Source of the DNA: Vicugna vicugna | Lineage: Eukaryota | DNA length: 53,388 nucleotides | Assembly (NCBI GenBank): GCA_013265495.1 | Contig: MU058478.1 | Coordinates: 647,349-700,736 of the forward strand | Direction: 5' to 3' | Shown: one piece after another, positions 1 to 12,070 of the stretch | Numbering within the stretch: position 1 is the stretch's first letter | How the letters are laid out: every line of letters starts with the position of its first letter | Made by a program: the position numbers and the translations under genes | Notes under the pieces: model-generated | The model's input: the letters and a program-made list of their open reading frames with translations, nothing else | What the model was told of the DNA's origin: nothing | Database searches by the model: none

Positions 1-729
1 AAGGAGAGGGAGGAGGAGAAGAGGAAGATGAAAAGGAAGAAGCCAACAATGACAATGGTGATGAAGATATAATAAAATATAGCTGCTCATTCTAAAAAAA
101 AAAAAATAAGAAGAGGGGATGTAATATGACCCCATTTCAGTTTTGAATGTTTTTCAACTGCCAGAGGACTTCAAGGACTCATGCAAAACACCTAAATAAA
201 TCTGTGATTCCCTCTGGAGTGAAAGGCACACTTGTTTGGGGGATTGGGGAGGGAGAAATTGCAACTTTCACTTTTTGTTTTGCACGTGATGGAGGGATGC
301 CACCAAGAACCTCACGTCCTGTGCTCCAATGTAACCTGAGTTAGGGTGCCTGTGGTTCCTTCCAGTGCCATCAATGAGTAATTACAATTTTAGATAAATA
401 ACCATTATCATTGGGCTCTGCCCTGCATGGGAGGTACCACCGAGCGGTTGGCATTAATAAGAAAAACTATAGCTCTTCTGTGCAAATGCTGGTGTCACCA
501 GAGAGAGATGGAGACGTTACAGGTGCTCCTGAAGGAGGAGCTAACACCAAGTAGAACAGCCCTAACCCGGCATGGGGTGGGGGACTGTCATGTCCCTTCA
601 CATGAGGAAACTTGGACTCAGCTGAGAAGCCCCAAGAACCATCCAGCCACTCAGCAGCACAATCTGAACTGAGATCCTATGCTGTGGTCCTCACTCACAC
701 CAGCTCAACCATGGAGGGGAGCGTGCGCG

Positions 730-731
<2 letters not shown>

Positions 732-771
<40 letters not shown>
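732..771. repeat. (CA)20 microsatellite
   Basis: Perfect CA run, preceded by GCGTGCGCGC. Confidence 0.97.
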
Positions 772-773
<2 letters not shown>

Positions 774-1894
774 GGGGGCTCTTTATGGAGAGAAAGCCCT
801 TATCCAGGGCTCCCTTCTAAGGGTGGAGCATCAACAGGACCTCAGCTCTCAGGGTACGGGAGTGCAGTCACCTGTTCACCCCTCTGCCCACTAGACGGGC
901 TGTGGACATAAGACCTTTATGGCGGCCATACTTGGGAGCTCTTTTATGGGTCAACGTCCCACTTTATGGCTCTTAGACGGAGGCAGAAACCACCTCTCAC
1001 TTTGGAAGTTCATGATGCCAGACAATCTCTTTCCCAAGGCAGAGACAGGTGGTCGGGGTTCATCACTCCTGTCCCCACCCAAGTTGGGACTAGAAAGCCA
1101 GTCATCCAAAGCCAGGGAAATTGCACGCCTGGAGGGAAGGGGTACCAGTGGGGGTGACACTCTCCCTTTTCTGCAGTTGAGGTGTCTCTCAGGGCAATAT
1201 CCCTTCCCCAGTGTGTTGGGTGTTGGTGGGAACCAGTGGATTTGGGGCCACGCAAAGCAGGGAATGGAACATTCAGGAGATTTGACTCATAATGTGATTT
1301 GAGACTTTGAGTTTTGACATGGTCTTCAAACATGGCTCTCTTGGAAAGCCGCTCAATATTTTATGATCCATGACTCGTCTGCTGAGATTAAGCAAAGCCC
1401 ATTGCTGTAATTACCACCCAGATTAGCTGCGAACTGCAGATTTATTGAGTAAATGATAAATACAAAATCAATGGTCAGTTGTCAAGTTCTTCTTTGTTTT
1501 CCTACCCCTTGACAATGTCAAAGCAATTGCCTATGAACATAAAACTATATTTATTCCCTTCTGAGTTCCTGCTCCTCCATCAGCCGCAGAAAATAATGTT
1601 GAAGCTCCTGGTAATCCTAGACATGCTGAAAGCTCACAGCTTTAGCCCAATTCACATATTATGATGCCAAGTACTTTTCTTGACTCCTCCATTCTCCTTG
1701 TTCCTAATTCCACAAAGTTTTCATGTATTTATCACAAGGTAGCTGAGGGGATGGAGGGGGAATTCCCTTAGGTGAGTGGGCACAGTCTGGTAGAAATAAG
1801 AAATAGTCTGATCTGTGTTGAATCTCCAGCTCAGCCAGGAGCTGACGTGGAGAGATGCTATGTCTTATGTTGGATACTAATTTCTGTTTTATTC

Positions 1895-2179
1895 CATTTT
1901 CTTTTCTTCTCTTTCCTTTTCTTTTTCCTTCTTTTATTTTCTTTTTTCCTTTCCTCTTTTCATCTTTTCTTTTTTTTTTAAATCGAAGTATAGTTGATTT
2001 ACAATGTTGTGTTAATTTCTGGCATACAGCATAGTGATTTATTTATACATTCATGTGTATATATATTCCTTTTCATATTCTTTTTCATTATAGATCATGC
2101 CAAGGTACAGAATATAGTTCTTTGTGCTAAAGAGCAGGACCGTGTTGTTTATCTATTTTATGTACAGTAGTGTGTATCT
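1895..2179 (-). mobile_element. L1 3' end fragment with degenerate poly(A) tail
   Basis: A T-rich tract is followed by GAAGTATAGTTGATTTACAATGTTGTGTTAATTTCTGG, the reverse complement of an artiodactyl L1 3' terminus. It is homologous to the copies at 7440, 11179 and 45643. Confidence 0.9.
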
Positions 2180-2657
2180 ACAAAGGCCCCTCCTTTCTGA
2201 TGCTGGCTCGATCATACGGGCTGTTGGGTGGTCTCAGGAGCTAAGCTGTGCTTTTAATAAGTGTCATCCTAGAATCGTTTGATCAAACCCCCCTCAGGCT
2301 CTGCTGAGAAAGTCCTTTCACCGTGCACCTCACACGGCATGGTCCACAACAGGACGGTGCCGATAAGAAGAGCCCATTTTCTCATGGACCCCATCACCCC
2401 AAGGAACCCACAGGACCTCATGCACCCAAATTAGCTCCCAGGAAACAGGTGGAAGTTATTGGCCGCTCTCTCAGGGGTAGAATTTTACTGTCTCTACCGT
2501 TTCACCCTCATGCTCAGGCAAGTCCTGCTGCTTATCAAATTCCACAGGAGACCTGGGCACCAATCAAGATCAAAGCTCCAAGGAGATTCTCGGGGTCCTC
2601 CTTTCTTCCAGCTCTGTGGATGGAATTAACAGGGGAGTCAGTAGTAGCGACATAAAT

Positions 2658-2843
2658 TAGTGGTCCTCCAAGGAGTTTCCCAGGATCAGAAGGATCTCCA
2701 TCATTTGGACACTTGTTGGAAATGCAAACCTTGTACCCCATCCAGCCCTACAAAATGGGAAACTCTGGCAGTGAGCCCAGCAGACTCCATTGTCAGCAGT
2801 CCCGTGGAGGGTGTTGCTGCCTCTCCCATGCTGGAGAACCCGA
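2658..2843. mobile_element. MER5A-like hAT-Charlie MITE
   Basis: AGTGGTCCTCCAAG...CTTGTTGGAAATGCAAA...GAAACTCTGG...GCCCAGCA...GAGAACC is collinear with the recalled MER5A consensus over about 185 bp. Confidence 0.75.
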
Positions 2844-5519
2844 GACTTAAATCACCCCTCATCTGCCTCTTCTCCAACAGAGACGCGCCTCTGTCATGAA
2901 GCCCCTTCTCCAATGTCCACCTTGCCTACCTGCAAAACTAATTCTGCCCTTTGCACCCTGGCGATGGTCAGGAGAGAATGGCCCCTTGAGTGAGGTTCCA
3001 CTTGGAGCTGGCTCTGTGCAGTACTCAGCATTCCTCTGCATGCATGTGTGTGAGCATCTTTGCACACGTGTGGCCTTACACACCCACGTACGTGTTACAC
3101 ACAGTGCCAGCATGGATAGGGGAGCAATCCTCAGGGTCTCACGCTCTCATCACACGTTAACCCCCTCCATCTCATCCACGTACATCTTGCTCATCGCACC
3201 TAAGAGGTCCTGCCTCCAACCTGACCCAGGCACCACAGGATGGCACCTGGATTCTCGGGAAGCTGTCCGAGCAGCCGGCAACTCTCCCTGCAGGAGGGAC
3301 CCTCATCTCCCCCTTCCGTGGGGCTGGTCCTGGGGTGGAGCAAGGTGCAGCCTGGATGTGTCTCAGGATAAGATGCAGAAGGACACTCGAGAGTGGGCGG
3401 AACTTGGGTTAAAGCCATTAAAAACGGAAAATGGGACTGAGCCTTGCGTAGGCGGGTGTGGGGGCGGCTGACACAAGTCACCGAGGTCCTCAAGCTTGAA
3501 GTGTCATCTGATCACCCCCCTGGGTCCCACTCCCCAGGGTTCTGTGCACACCCGGGACTAAAATTGCAACAAGGCAGTACCTGGAAACAGAGAAAATTGG
3601 AATAAGCTTTTTGGAAGTCGTAGCGGCACTAAGCCATCGTTCACAGCAAGTGCAGAGAAAAACAATTGGAATCATTTCAAGCTCTGAAAACTTATAATTA
3701 CAGGTGAGTGGCTATTATGCATCGGAGCAGCCATTATAACTGAAAGGTACAATTTGAGATAATCTATGTGAGGACATTAATACACCATCAGATTTTTACA
3801 GCACGTGCATCAAAATGCATCCCATTTCAGATGAAAGGTTGCCTTCCTGGTTTTTTTTTTCTCTCTTTCTTTCATTCTTTGCCTCTATTTTTAAACAGAG
3901 CATTCATGTGAACTCATGGCACCATTGCACCAAAAAAAAAAAAAAGGAAAATTGGCTGTGCAATTTTCACTACCGTGTCGAAGTCTGCAGATCTTCCACG
4001 TTTTAGGAGAATACCAAAAATTAAAATCAGCATCAGGCCGTGCTCCACATGCCTGTCCCCTTGAAGTTACTTCTGCTCGTGGAGCCGGGCTGCGGCACGG
4101 ATAAATCCAGACGGAGGGCAATAGAGAAGCAACCCTTGTTTACAGTTGGAATTCACATTTGAATGGCAATGCGGTCGGTGCTTTGGGGGACACTGGACAA
4201 AAAGCCCCAGCAAGCATTGGAGTGGGGTGAGAAGGCAGCGTGAGACCCAAGGACCAACAGAATTATGTCCTGGGCTCTTATCCGGTGGCTGGACAGCACA
4301 CTTGGTGTCCCCGAGCCTCGGTGACCTACTGGGTACACTTACCGCTTGACTGTCCCAAGGATGGGTGCAGGGTCTTCAAGATGCCCACACAGGCGAGGGC
4401 CAGGAGGGAGCCCCAGACCCCTGTGCTGGGCTGTTATCCTTCCCCGTCACGAGTGGCAGCTCCCTGTGGCCACACTCCCCTTGCAATTGCCAGGCTGTCG
4501 CCGTCCCCATGAAGATCCAGGGATGATCTCAGCCTAGGATCCCGGGAGCAAACTCCACTTGCCTTTCCTGCAGGCACCGGGTGCCCTTCTGGCCAATCTC
4601 AGCCGCTCTAGCTTCCCTGGCTGTAGGCTCCTGCCACTCGAGGGAATACTGAACAATTGACTAGGAACCCAGCACTTGCCTAAGTACTTACTCTGAGGTC
4701 CATTGGCCAGGGACCCATGCCCCTGGCAGGTTCGCATCCCAGGTCACTGTGAAGACAGCCAGGTGCACTTGGTGCCCGGCCTGGGATAAATTCTTGATAC
4801 GTCAGCGTCACCTTTTTATAAGATTGAAAACATACCTCCTCGCCAGGTTACCCTGTCTTTATCCCACACTAAACAGCAGAGGCGCTTTCGTGATTATACA
4901 GACGCTGGCCTGAATGCAGCATCTTTTACCTCTGTGTGTATGTTCCCCCGTTTTCTTGGGTTGCCTGAAGTATGTCGTTTGCCCCAGATCTGGCTGCAGG
5001 ACTAACATCCAGAAACGAACTCGGTTTTTCTAAGAGACTTTCCCGTAGTTTGATGGATGTTAGGTTGTTGGAAGGAGCGAAAGTGAATTATGATGCCCAC
5101 AGATTTCATTACATAAGCCATCGTGAGAGGAAACTGATCTAAAATAAGCAGGGAGGGGTTTGAGAACAGCACAAATTACAGGTGAGAAAGAATTACAGTG
5201 GCCTTTTGCCTTAAGATGCAAGCTTGTCGCAACGCACTGTGTTTTCTGTATAAAATTAAACCCTCCAAAGCTCCAGTTTGACTAATGACCACCTAAATGT
5301 TCTATCTGTGAAAGCTGGCTCATGCCCAGATATGGAACACAATTCTGAAAATAATAGTAAAGTTATATTGTGCGTGGCTTTCTGGAGCTATAGCGAATGT
5401 CCGCATGGTGGTAAACATTTTCCCGTGAGATGCGAACAAAACATAAGCATATCAACATATGACAATCCTCTAAGGATCTGACCAGGACAAGAGCTGCCTC
5501 ACAGCTACCTGGGATTTGG

Positions 5520-5662
5520 ACCCTGGGCTGCCCGGGTTCTCGGCCTTTGAACTCAGACCACATCGCATCACTGGCTTTCCCGGGTCTCCAGCTCGCAGAC
5601 AGCAAATTGCGCAGGTTCTCAGCTTTCCTCTTCCGTAAGCCAATTGCCTTAAATTTATTTAT
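5520..5662 (+). mobile_element. MLT2-like ERVL LTR fragment
   Basis: GGTTCTCGGCCTTTGAACTCAGAC...CTGGCTTTCCCGGGTCTCCAGCTCGCAGACAGCAAAT...AGCCAATT matches the MLT2 3' region. Confidence 0.8.
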
Positions 5663-5700
5663 CACTCACTCCTGGATAAAAGAATCTCTTAGGTAGTGTA

Positions 5701-5878
5701 AATAATTGAATCGGGGTTATTTAATTTAAATAATTAAATGGGGGTTATTTGAATAATTAAATAGGGGTTGTTTAATTTAAATAATTAAATGGGTTATTTA
5801 ATTTAAATTATTAAATGGGGGGTTATTTAATTTAAATAAATAAGTGGGTTATTTAATTTAAATTATTAAATGGGGGGA
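5701..5878. repeat. AT-rich minisatellite, unit of about 27 bp, 6-7 copies
   Basis: Repeated AATAATTAAAT(G)3-6TTATTTAATTTA units. Confidence 0.92.
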
Positions 5879-7046
5879 TTCTTAAATCCTAAATATTTTA
5901 GACGTGAGTTGACAGATAGCAAAGGCTTAAACAGAATGCACAATCATGCTACCCAACCAGGAAACTTACTTTTTTTCACAAACGTATATGTTCAAGCTGA
6001 GAAGATTTTGCTCCCAAGAACTTCAAAAGGGAACATCAGTCTGGTAGCCAAGGTCATGTAAAAATGGTCCACAGGAGTGTCAAAAATGGTTCACGAGGTC
6101 ACCCAGTGGTGACTCACACGTGCTCCCCACGTGGACCCCCATTTCCACGCAGTGTCCCATTTTCGGAACACGTTTAATGGGCATATTATGGCCAAGTTAC
6201 AGAAATCCTTTCAAAGCATGTGCGCTCCTAATGCACGGGTAACCACGGTGCAAATGAGCTGAATTATTCACGGAGGGGTGGCGCCAAACAACGTGATCTA
6301 AGCTTGAGCTCCAGACAGGTTTCGCTCATTTTTCCAGAAGGAAAATTGACATTTTCCAGTGATGCCTGAGTTCACGCTACATTCGTGTCTATGGAATGTC
6401 GGCGCGTTTATGGGGAAATGCTAACTGTTTAGCCTGCCAGCCCCGTGTTTTCTCTACCCAAAGCCAAGTACATCTGGATGAGAACGTGGGACAAACACAC
6501 TCAGCTGGTTGACTGCAAGGTCCAGGTAAAATCCGGGGAAAAGAATTCATTTTTGACAGTTTTATAGACTCTAAGTCAAAGCGTTTGGCTTCGCGTGTGA
6601 GAAAAGAGGCCAGGAGGGGAGAATGATCAACTTGCTCCAACCGCATCTCCGATGCTTGGAAGAGACAGGTGAGGGGAACAGAGAGCCCAGTGTGCTCACC
6701 TGTACGGATTACCCACCTCTGCTCGCCTCGGGGCTGCTTTGTAGATGGAAAACCAATGGTCTGGGGACAGGAAATTTCTGCAAAGTGAAATCAGGTTCTC
6801 CTCCAAAAATATCACAGAAAGCTATTTGCAACTAGCACTTCCTGTCTTGCAAGAGAAGTGTTCAGCTAACGACGGAGCCAGTGGGGTGAGACCACAATGC
6901 TGGGGACCCAGTTCTCATCCCAATTTCTGTGTGAGATCTGGGCAGTGCCTTCCTACACACCCAGCTCTGACTCCCTGCTCCCTGCCCGCACCCCGGGATG
7001 GAGGGCTTACGGGACCCAGCAGAGTTGTGTCTGGATTGAGCCAGAT

Positions 7047-7439
7047 TGTGGTAGATTGCTCTTAAAGATGGTCATGAACAACTGGCCCCTGGCCCGTATG
7101 TTCCTGTGGCCCCCTTCCCTTGAGTCTGGGTGGACTTGGCACTTGACACCTGCCAGCTAGAGAGTGTGGCTCAAGCCTGGTGTCTTCCACTTCTACCCTC
7201 TCGAGTCCCAGTTTCCATACCCTAAGGAGGCACGTCAAGGCTGTTGGAAGAAGAGAGATTCCTCAGGCAGCACCAACTGCTAGATGCATGATCCAGGCCT
7301 TCTGGAAAGTTCCAAACCAACTGAGCCTCCAGGTGATGGCGGGCAATTTCCCCGCCAGCAACGGGTGGAGCCAAAAGGACCACTTAGCTGCGCTCAGGAA
7401 ACCCACAGGATTATGAGAAATGATAAATCGCTGTTGTTT
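7047..7439 (+). mobile_element. MLT1 (MaLR, F/G/H-like) LTR, 5' part
   Basis: Starts TGTGGTAGATTG...AAAGATGG, contains CCCTTGAGTCTGGGTGGAC and ends CCCACAGGATTATGAGAAATGATAAATCGCTGTTGTTT. Confidence 0.75.
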
Positions 7440-8057
7440 AATTTTTTAATTCTTTTTATTGAAGTATAGTCAGTTTACAATTGGTGTTAATTTCTGGTGC
7501 CCAGCATAATGACTCAGTTTTATACGTGTATATGTGTTCCTTTTCATATTCTTTTTCATTACAGATTACTGTAAGGTATTGAATATATTTCCCTGTGCTG
7601 TACAATAGGGCCTTGTTTTATCTCTTTTATATACAGTACTGTGTGTCTGCTGATCCCAAACTCCCAATTTATCCCTCCACCTCCCCCTTTCCCCTCGGTA
7701 ACCATAAGGTTGTTCTCTACATCTGTGAGTCTCTTTCTGTTTTGTAAATAAGTTCATTTGTCCCATTTTTTTAGATTCCACATGTGAGTGATCTCATGTG
7801 GCATTTTTCTTTCTCTTTCTGGCTGACTTCACTTAGAATGACATTCTCCAGGGACATCCGTGTTGCTGCAAATGGCGTTATGTTATCATTTTTCATGGCT
7901 GAGTAGTATTCCATTGTATAAATATACCACGGCTTCTTTATCCAGTCACCTGTTGATGGACATTTAGGCTGTTTCCATGTCTTGGCTGTTGTAAATAGTG
8001 CTTCTGTGAACATTGGGGTGCAGGTGTCATCCTGAAGTAGGGTTCCCTCTGGATATG
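7440..8057 (-). mobile_element. 5'-truncated camelid-type L1 (ORF2 C-terminus plus 3'UTR) inserted into the MLT1 LTR
   Basis: The minus-strand frame gives TCTPMFTEALFTTAKTWKQPKCPSTGDWIKKPWYIYTMEYYSAMK...LSEVSQ, the L1 ORF2 C-terminus. There is a poly(T) tract at the left end and a TSD-like CTGTTG(C)TTT on both sides. Confidence 0.96.
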
Positions 8058-8060
8058 TTA

Positions 8061-8113
8061 CTGTTGCTTTAAACCCACTAAACGTTGCTACGCAATGAGA
8101 GATAACTGAATCA
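8061..8113 (+). mobile_element. MLT1 LTR 3' terminus (continues 7047-7439)
   Basis: TGTTGCTTTAAACCCACTAA...GATAACTGAATCA is the MLT1 3' end, finishing in CA. Confidence 0.7.
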
Positions 8114-9367
8114 AGGAACATCTGAAGTGTCAGAACATAATACATGTGCAATATTTTGGGGGTAACTTCTACTTTGGGGCTTCTTGTTCAGAACTGACAC
8201 ACCACATGAAAGATGGTGACATGGGTTTCTCCTTACAACTGGATGGTAAGCATTCTGAGGAAGAGAAAGGAAAGGCTGTCTCCTAGAAATGAGGACCTCC
8301 TCCCATGTGCCAAAGAGAGGGGAAGGATACTTTAGGGAAAATGTGGAGGACAGAAGAGAAAAGCTTAGTGAAATAGTCATTGGCACTCACTGGATTCTAG
8401 CCCCGTGATTCTACAGGTCATCAAATCGATGAATGCATCCAGGGGCTTCAGTCTCTTCCCATCCCATATTAAGATGTTACCAGCACAGTTGCCAAATCCG
8501 CCACGTGTATGTTTCAGAGTTTGATCCCCCAAGGGGTATGAGGACATTGATGGCACATGCATCAATATTCACTGCAGGAGGAGCCCAGCCCTGCACCTCT
8601 CTCCCATCTAGTTTCCTTTAACCAGCTCTCAGGGATGGGGCTGGAGAGGGTGTCAGGTGTCACAGCAAGCAATGAAGCAAGGCTGTCATGCACGCTTCTC
8701 TGCTTTCTTACACCCAGTGACATTTGTCCCCATCGTATAATGTATGTCATGGCTCCAATGACGTTTCCTTCCTCAGCGCCGTCCTTTCACATCCCACTGG
8801 TTAAATAGCAGGCCGAATCCTGCAATGGCTGTGTCTGCAAGTTGCAGAGAGCGCGGGGTGATGCTGAAATGCGATCTCTCTGAAGCTTAATGTTCCATGT
8901 CATAGCAGTGTTAAACGGGAAAAACGATATGTCCACAGTCCCAGCCATCTTGAACTCCCCACCACCCTACAACGTGACAATCTTTTCTAATCAGTGAGCA
9001 ACGAGCAGATGAACTCATCAAAATAACAGCCCAAAACCTGGCCCCCGCTGACTCAGTGACCAAAGGAAGCATGGTTGCCTTTTCATCCAGGAAAATCTGC
9101 CCAATGCCAAAGCAGCTTTGGGCATTGTGCTTTCTGTGTGTGTGTGTTTGTGTGTGAACACAGGCAATGGGAATTCAACTGAACGAAAACTGGCCTTGTC
9201 TTTAAAACTGTCACCAATGGGGGCTGGTCATTTAAGCAGCTAAAAATCAGAGAATCTGTCAAATCCTTTGGAAATTCAGAAAGCAGCTATTTTCCAATTA
9301 CATGACCAGCTTGGTTGTGGCACCGGGAACTTAAAAAGTACCTAAAAGCTGTGGACATTGTAACCAT

Positions 9368-9700
9368 TTACAATACAGCGTGATCTATGCTTAGCAGAGG
9401 CAGACACGGAATGCAACAGCCGAACAGGGAGCGACTCCTACATTAGCCAGAAGAAGTTCAAGGAGTTTCCTTGAGGAAGAAATACATATTCTGTGTTTTA
9501 AAAGAAGACTTGGAACTGGGGAATAGAGAATGAAGAAAGGCTATGTCAGGCGGAGAGAAGAGTGTATGAAAGATTGGCAAAGGATTCCTCATGGCTGTCG
9601 CATAGAAGGAGCTTGGGGATAGAAGGGTATGAGACCGGCAGACAGTGATGAGGTTGAAGGCAAAGGATTTGATGCCACACTGAAGAGTTTAGAGTTCATG
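9368..9700 (-). mobile_element. L2 fragment
   Basis: ACAATACAGCGTGAT...TTTCCTTGAGGAAG...GCCACACTGAAGAGTTTAGA resembles antisense L2. Confidence 0.55.
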
Positions 9701-9717
9701 AAAAAAGCAATGAAGGA

Positions 9718-10400
9718 ATAAACCATCTAGACCTAACATGTACAGAACCCTCCATCCAATGACAACCAGTTAAATACACATTCTTCCCATAGACACATGG
9801 GGCATTCTCCAAGATAGACCATATCGTAGGCCACAAATCAAGTCTCAATACATTAAGAAAGAAAAATATCACACAAAATTCCTTCCCTGACCACAATCGG
9901 ATAGTTAGAGATCGTTAACTGGAAATCCAATAACTGGAAATCAATAACTAACTGGATAGTTAAGAAATAACTAAATTCAATTAAATAAATTAAATTCATT
10001 TAACTAAATAAACCAATAACTAGGAATCAATAACTAGAAATCAAAAACTGGAAAATTCACAGACTTGTGGAAACTGAGCAAAACAACCAATGAATCAAGG
10101 ATGAAATCAGAAGAGAAATTAGAAAATTTCTTGAGATAATGAGGAGAAAATAAAAACACAACATACCAAAACTTGCAGGAAGCATCAAAACCAGTGTTAA
10201 GGGGAAGATTTATAACTATAAAACATTAAAGGGGAAGAAAGATCTAAAGTCAATAATTTCACTTCACAACTGAAGGAACTAGAAAAAGAAGAAAAAAAAA
10301 AAAGCAACTACTCCCCAAGCCAGCAGAGGAAGGAACACTAAAGATTAGAATTGAGACGGACGGAATAGAGGTTTGATTCCATACAGCAAATCAAAACCAA
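9718..10400 (+). mobile_element. Old L1 (L1M) ORF2 fragment, endonuclease C-terminal region
   Basis: TACACATTCTTC...CATTCTCCAAGATAGACCATAT...GGCCACAAA...CTGACCACAAT...ACAACATACCAAAACTT...GAACTAGAAAAAGAAG, frame-disrupted. Confidence 0.9.
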
Positions 10401-11178
10401 ATACACACACACAAGGAGAATAAAGCAAACACAAAAGCAAAATATTAACAATTGTTGAATCTCAGTTGCAAGTAAATGGGTGTTTCTTTGTGCATTTGGG
10501 GGAAATCTTATAATAAACACTGGGGGGACATAAATACCCTGGAATTGTCTCCTGGTGATCTGGGCTCACTGTGACACACAGCAGGAGCTGCTGACGTCTG
10601 CTCTGGTGTTGCAGAGTGATGCAGATCCCATACAACATCGCACGTGCATCTGTTCCAGGGGCAGAGAACGGGGTGCCCCAGGTGGGCGTCCTTTTGCACG
10701 CTCCAGTCCCAGGTCGTGTGTTCACTACCCGGAGAGAAGGCATCCTGGAATATATACCCATGCTGCCATCCTTCAAAGGAGCCCCATTCCCTGCAGAACG
10801 AGGCTCAAATGTGGACCTGAAACAATATCTCTTTCTCAGATTGCACATCTCCGCCCATGTGGCCACACTCTCCCCACAATGGACCATGCTGTGGCCAATG
10901 ACTGATAGCCCTCCTGTCCCTGAATACACCCTGCTCCTTCCTTCAGCAGTGGCTCTGCTCGCACCTTCTAATTAGATAGAAAGTCCCTTTTTTATCCCCT
11001 GTGGATTATCTCTCTACAACATGTAAAATTCAGCAAGAATGTTCTGTCTCAATTTTGGGTACCCATGAGATGGCACTTCCGTTTACAATTAACTGTAAAA
11101 CATACCTCTCTACTCCCTAAGTAACCTCTTTGGAAGCAAGGACTTTGTATTCTTGGCACACATAAATGTCCGTTGTTT

Positions 11179-11950
11179 TATTTATTTTTTATTTTTTTAA
11201 TTGAAATATAGTCAGTTTACAATGTTGTGTCAATTTCTGGCGTCCAGCAACATGTCTCAGTCATACATGTACATACATACATTCCTTTTCATATTCTTTT
11301 CCATTAGAGGTGACTATAAGATATTAAATATAGTTCCGTGTTCTATAATAGTAGAAACTTATATATTTATCTATTTTATTTATAGTAGTTAGTATCTGCA
11401 AATCTCAAAGTCCCAATTTTTCCCTTCCCACCTCATTTTGCCCCTGGTTCATTTTCTATGTTTGTGAGTTTGTTTCTGTTTTGAAAAAAAGTTAATTTTT
11501 GTTTTTTTTTTTTTAGATTCCACATATAAGTGATATCATATGGTATCTTTCTTTCTCTTTTTGGCTTGCTTCACCTAGAATGATGATCTCCAGGTCCATC
11601 CATGGAGATGGCATTATTTTATCCTTTTTTATGGCTGAGTAGTATTCCATTATATACATCTACCACACCTTCTTTATTCAGTCATCTGTTGATGGACATT
11701 TAGGTTGTTTCCACGTCTCGGCTGTTGTAAATAGTGCTGCTGTGAACATTGGGCTGCAGGAGTCTTTTCAAATTGGGACTCCCTCCAGATAATATGCCCA
11801 GGAATGGGATTGCTGGATCACACAGTAAGTCTATTTTTAGCTTTTTTAAGGAATCACCATACTGTTTTCCATAATGGCTGCACCGATGTACATTCCGCCC
11901 AACAGTGTGGGAGGGTTCCCTTTCCTCCACACCCTCTCCAGCATTTGTGG
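11179..11950 (-). mobile_element. 5'-truncated camelid-type L1 with 15-bp TSD
   Basis: Poly(T), L1 3'UTR and ORF2 C-terminal relic. Flanked by AAATGTCCGTTGTTT (11164-11178) and AAATGTCCATTGTTT (11951-11965). Confidence 0.96.
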
Positions 11951-12044
11951 AAATGTCCATTGTTTCAATTCTATTGTAATTAACAAATAATTATGAAGCA
12001 GGTGGCAGACAAGCACTCTGCTAGCCACTGACAACTGTCAACAA

Positions 12045-12070
12045 GAATGAATGAATGGATGAATGAATGA
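12045..12070 (+). repeat. Short (TGAA)n, probable L2 3' tail
   Basis: GAATGAATGAATGGATGAATGAATGA. Confidence 0.6.

Noticed and set aside
2896..3471. 191-aa ORF (also the 194-aa ORF at 30207 and the 161-aa ORF at 29112)
   Set aside because: No recognisable domain. They overlap simple repeats, MER33 or an LTR, and their lengths are compatible with chance in GC-rich DNA.
3696..5186. Exact 13-mer AATTACAGGTGAG at 3696 and 5174
   Set aside because: Roughly 20 repeated 13-mers are expected by chance in 53 kb, so this is not significant alone.
7771..8151. 126-aa ORF as a functional gene
   Set aside because: It is an L1 ORF2 C-terminal relic fused by chance to flanking LTR/unique sequence.
9102..9127. 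Imperfect palindrome CAATGCCAAAGC-A-GCTTTGGGCATTG
   Set aside because: Too short for a miRNA precursor, and an isolated short palindrome is plausible by chance.
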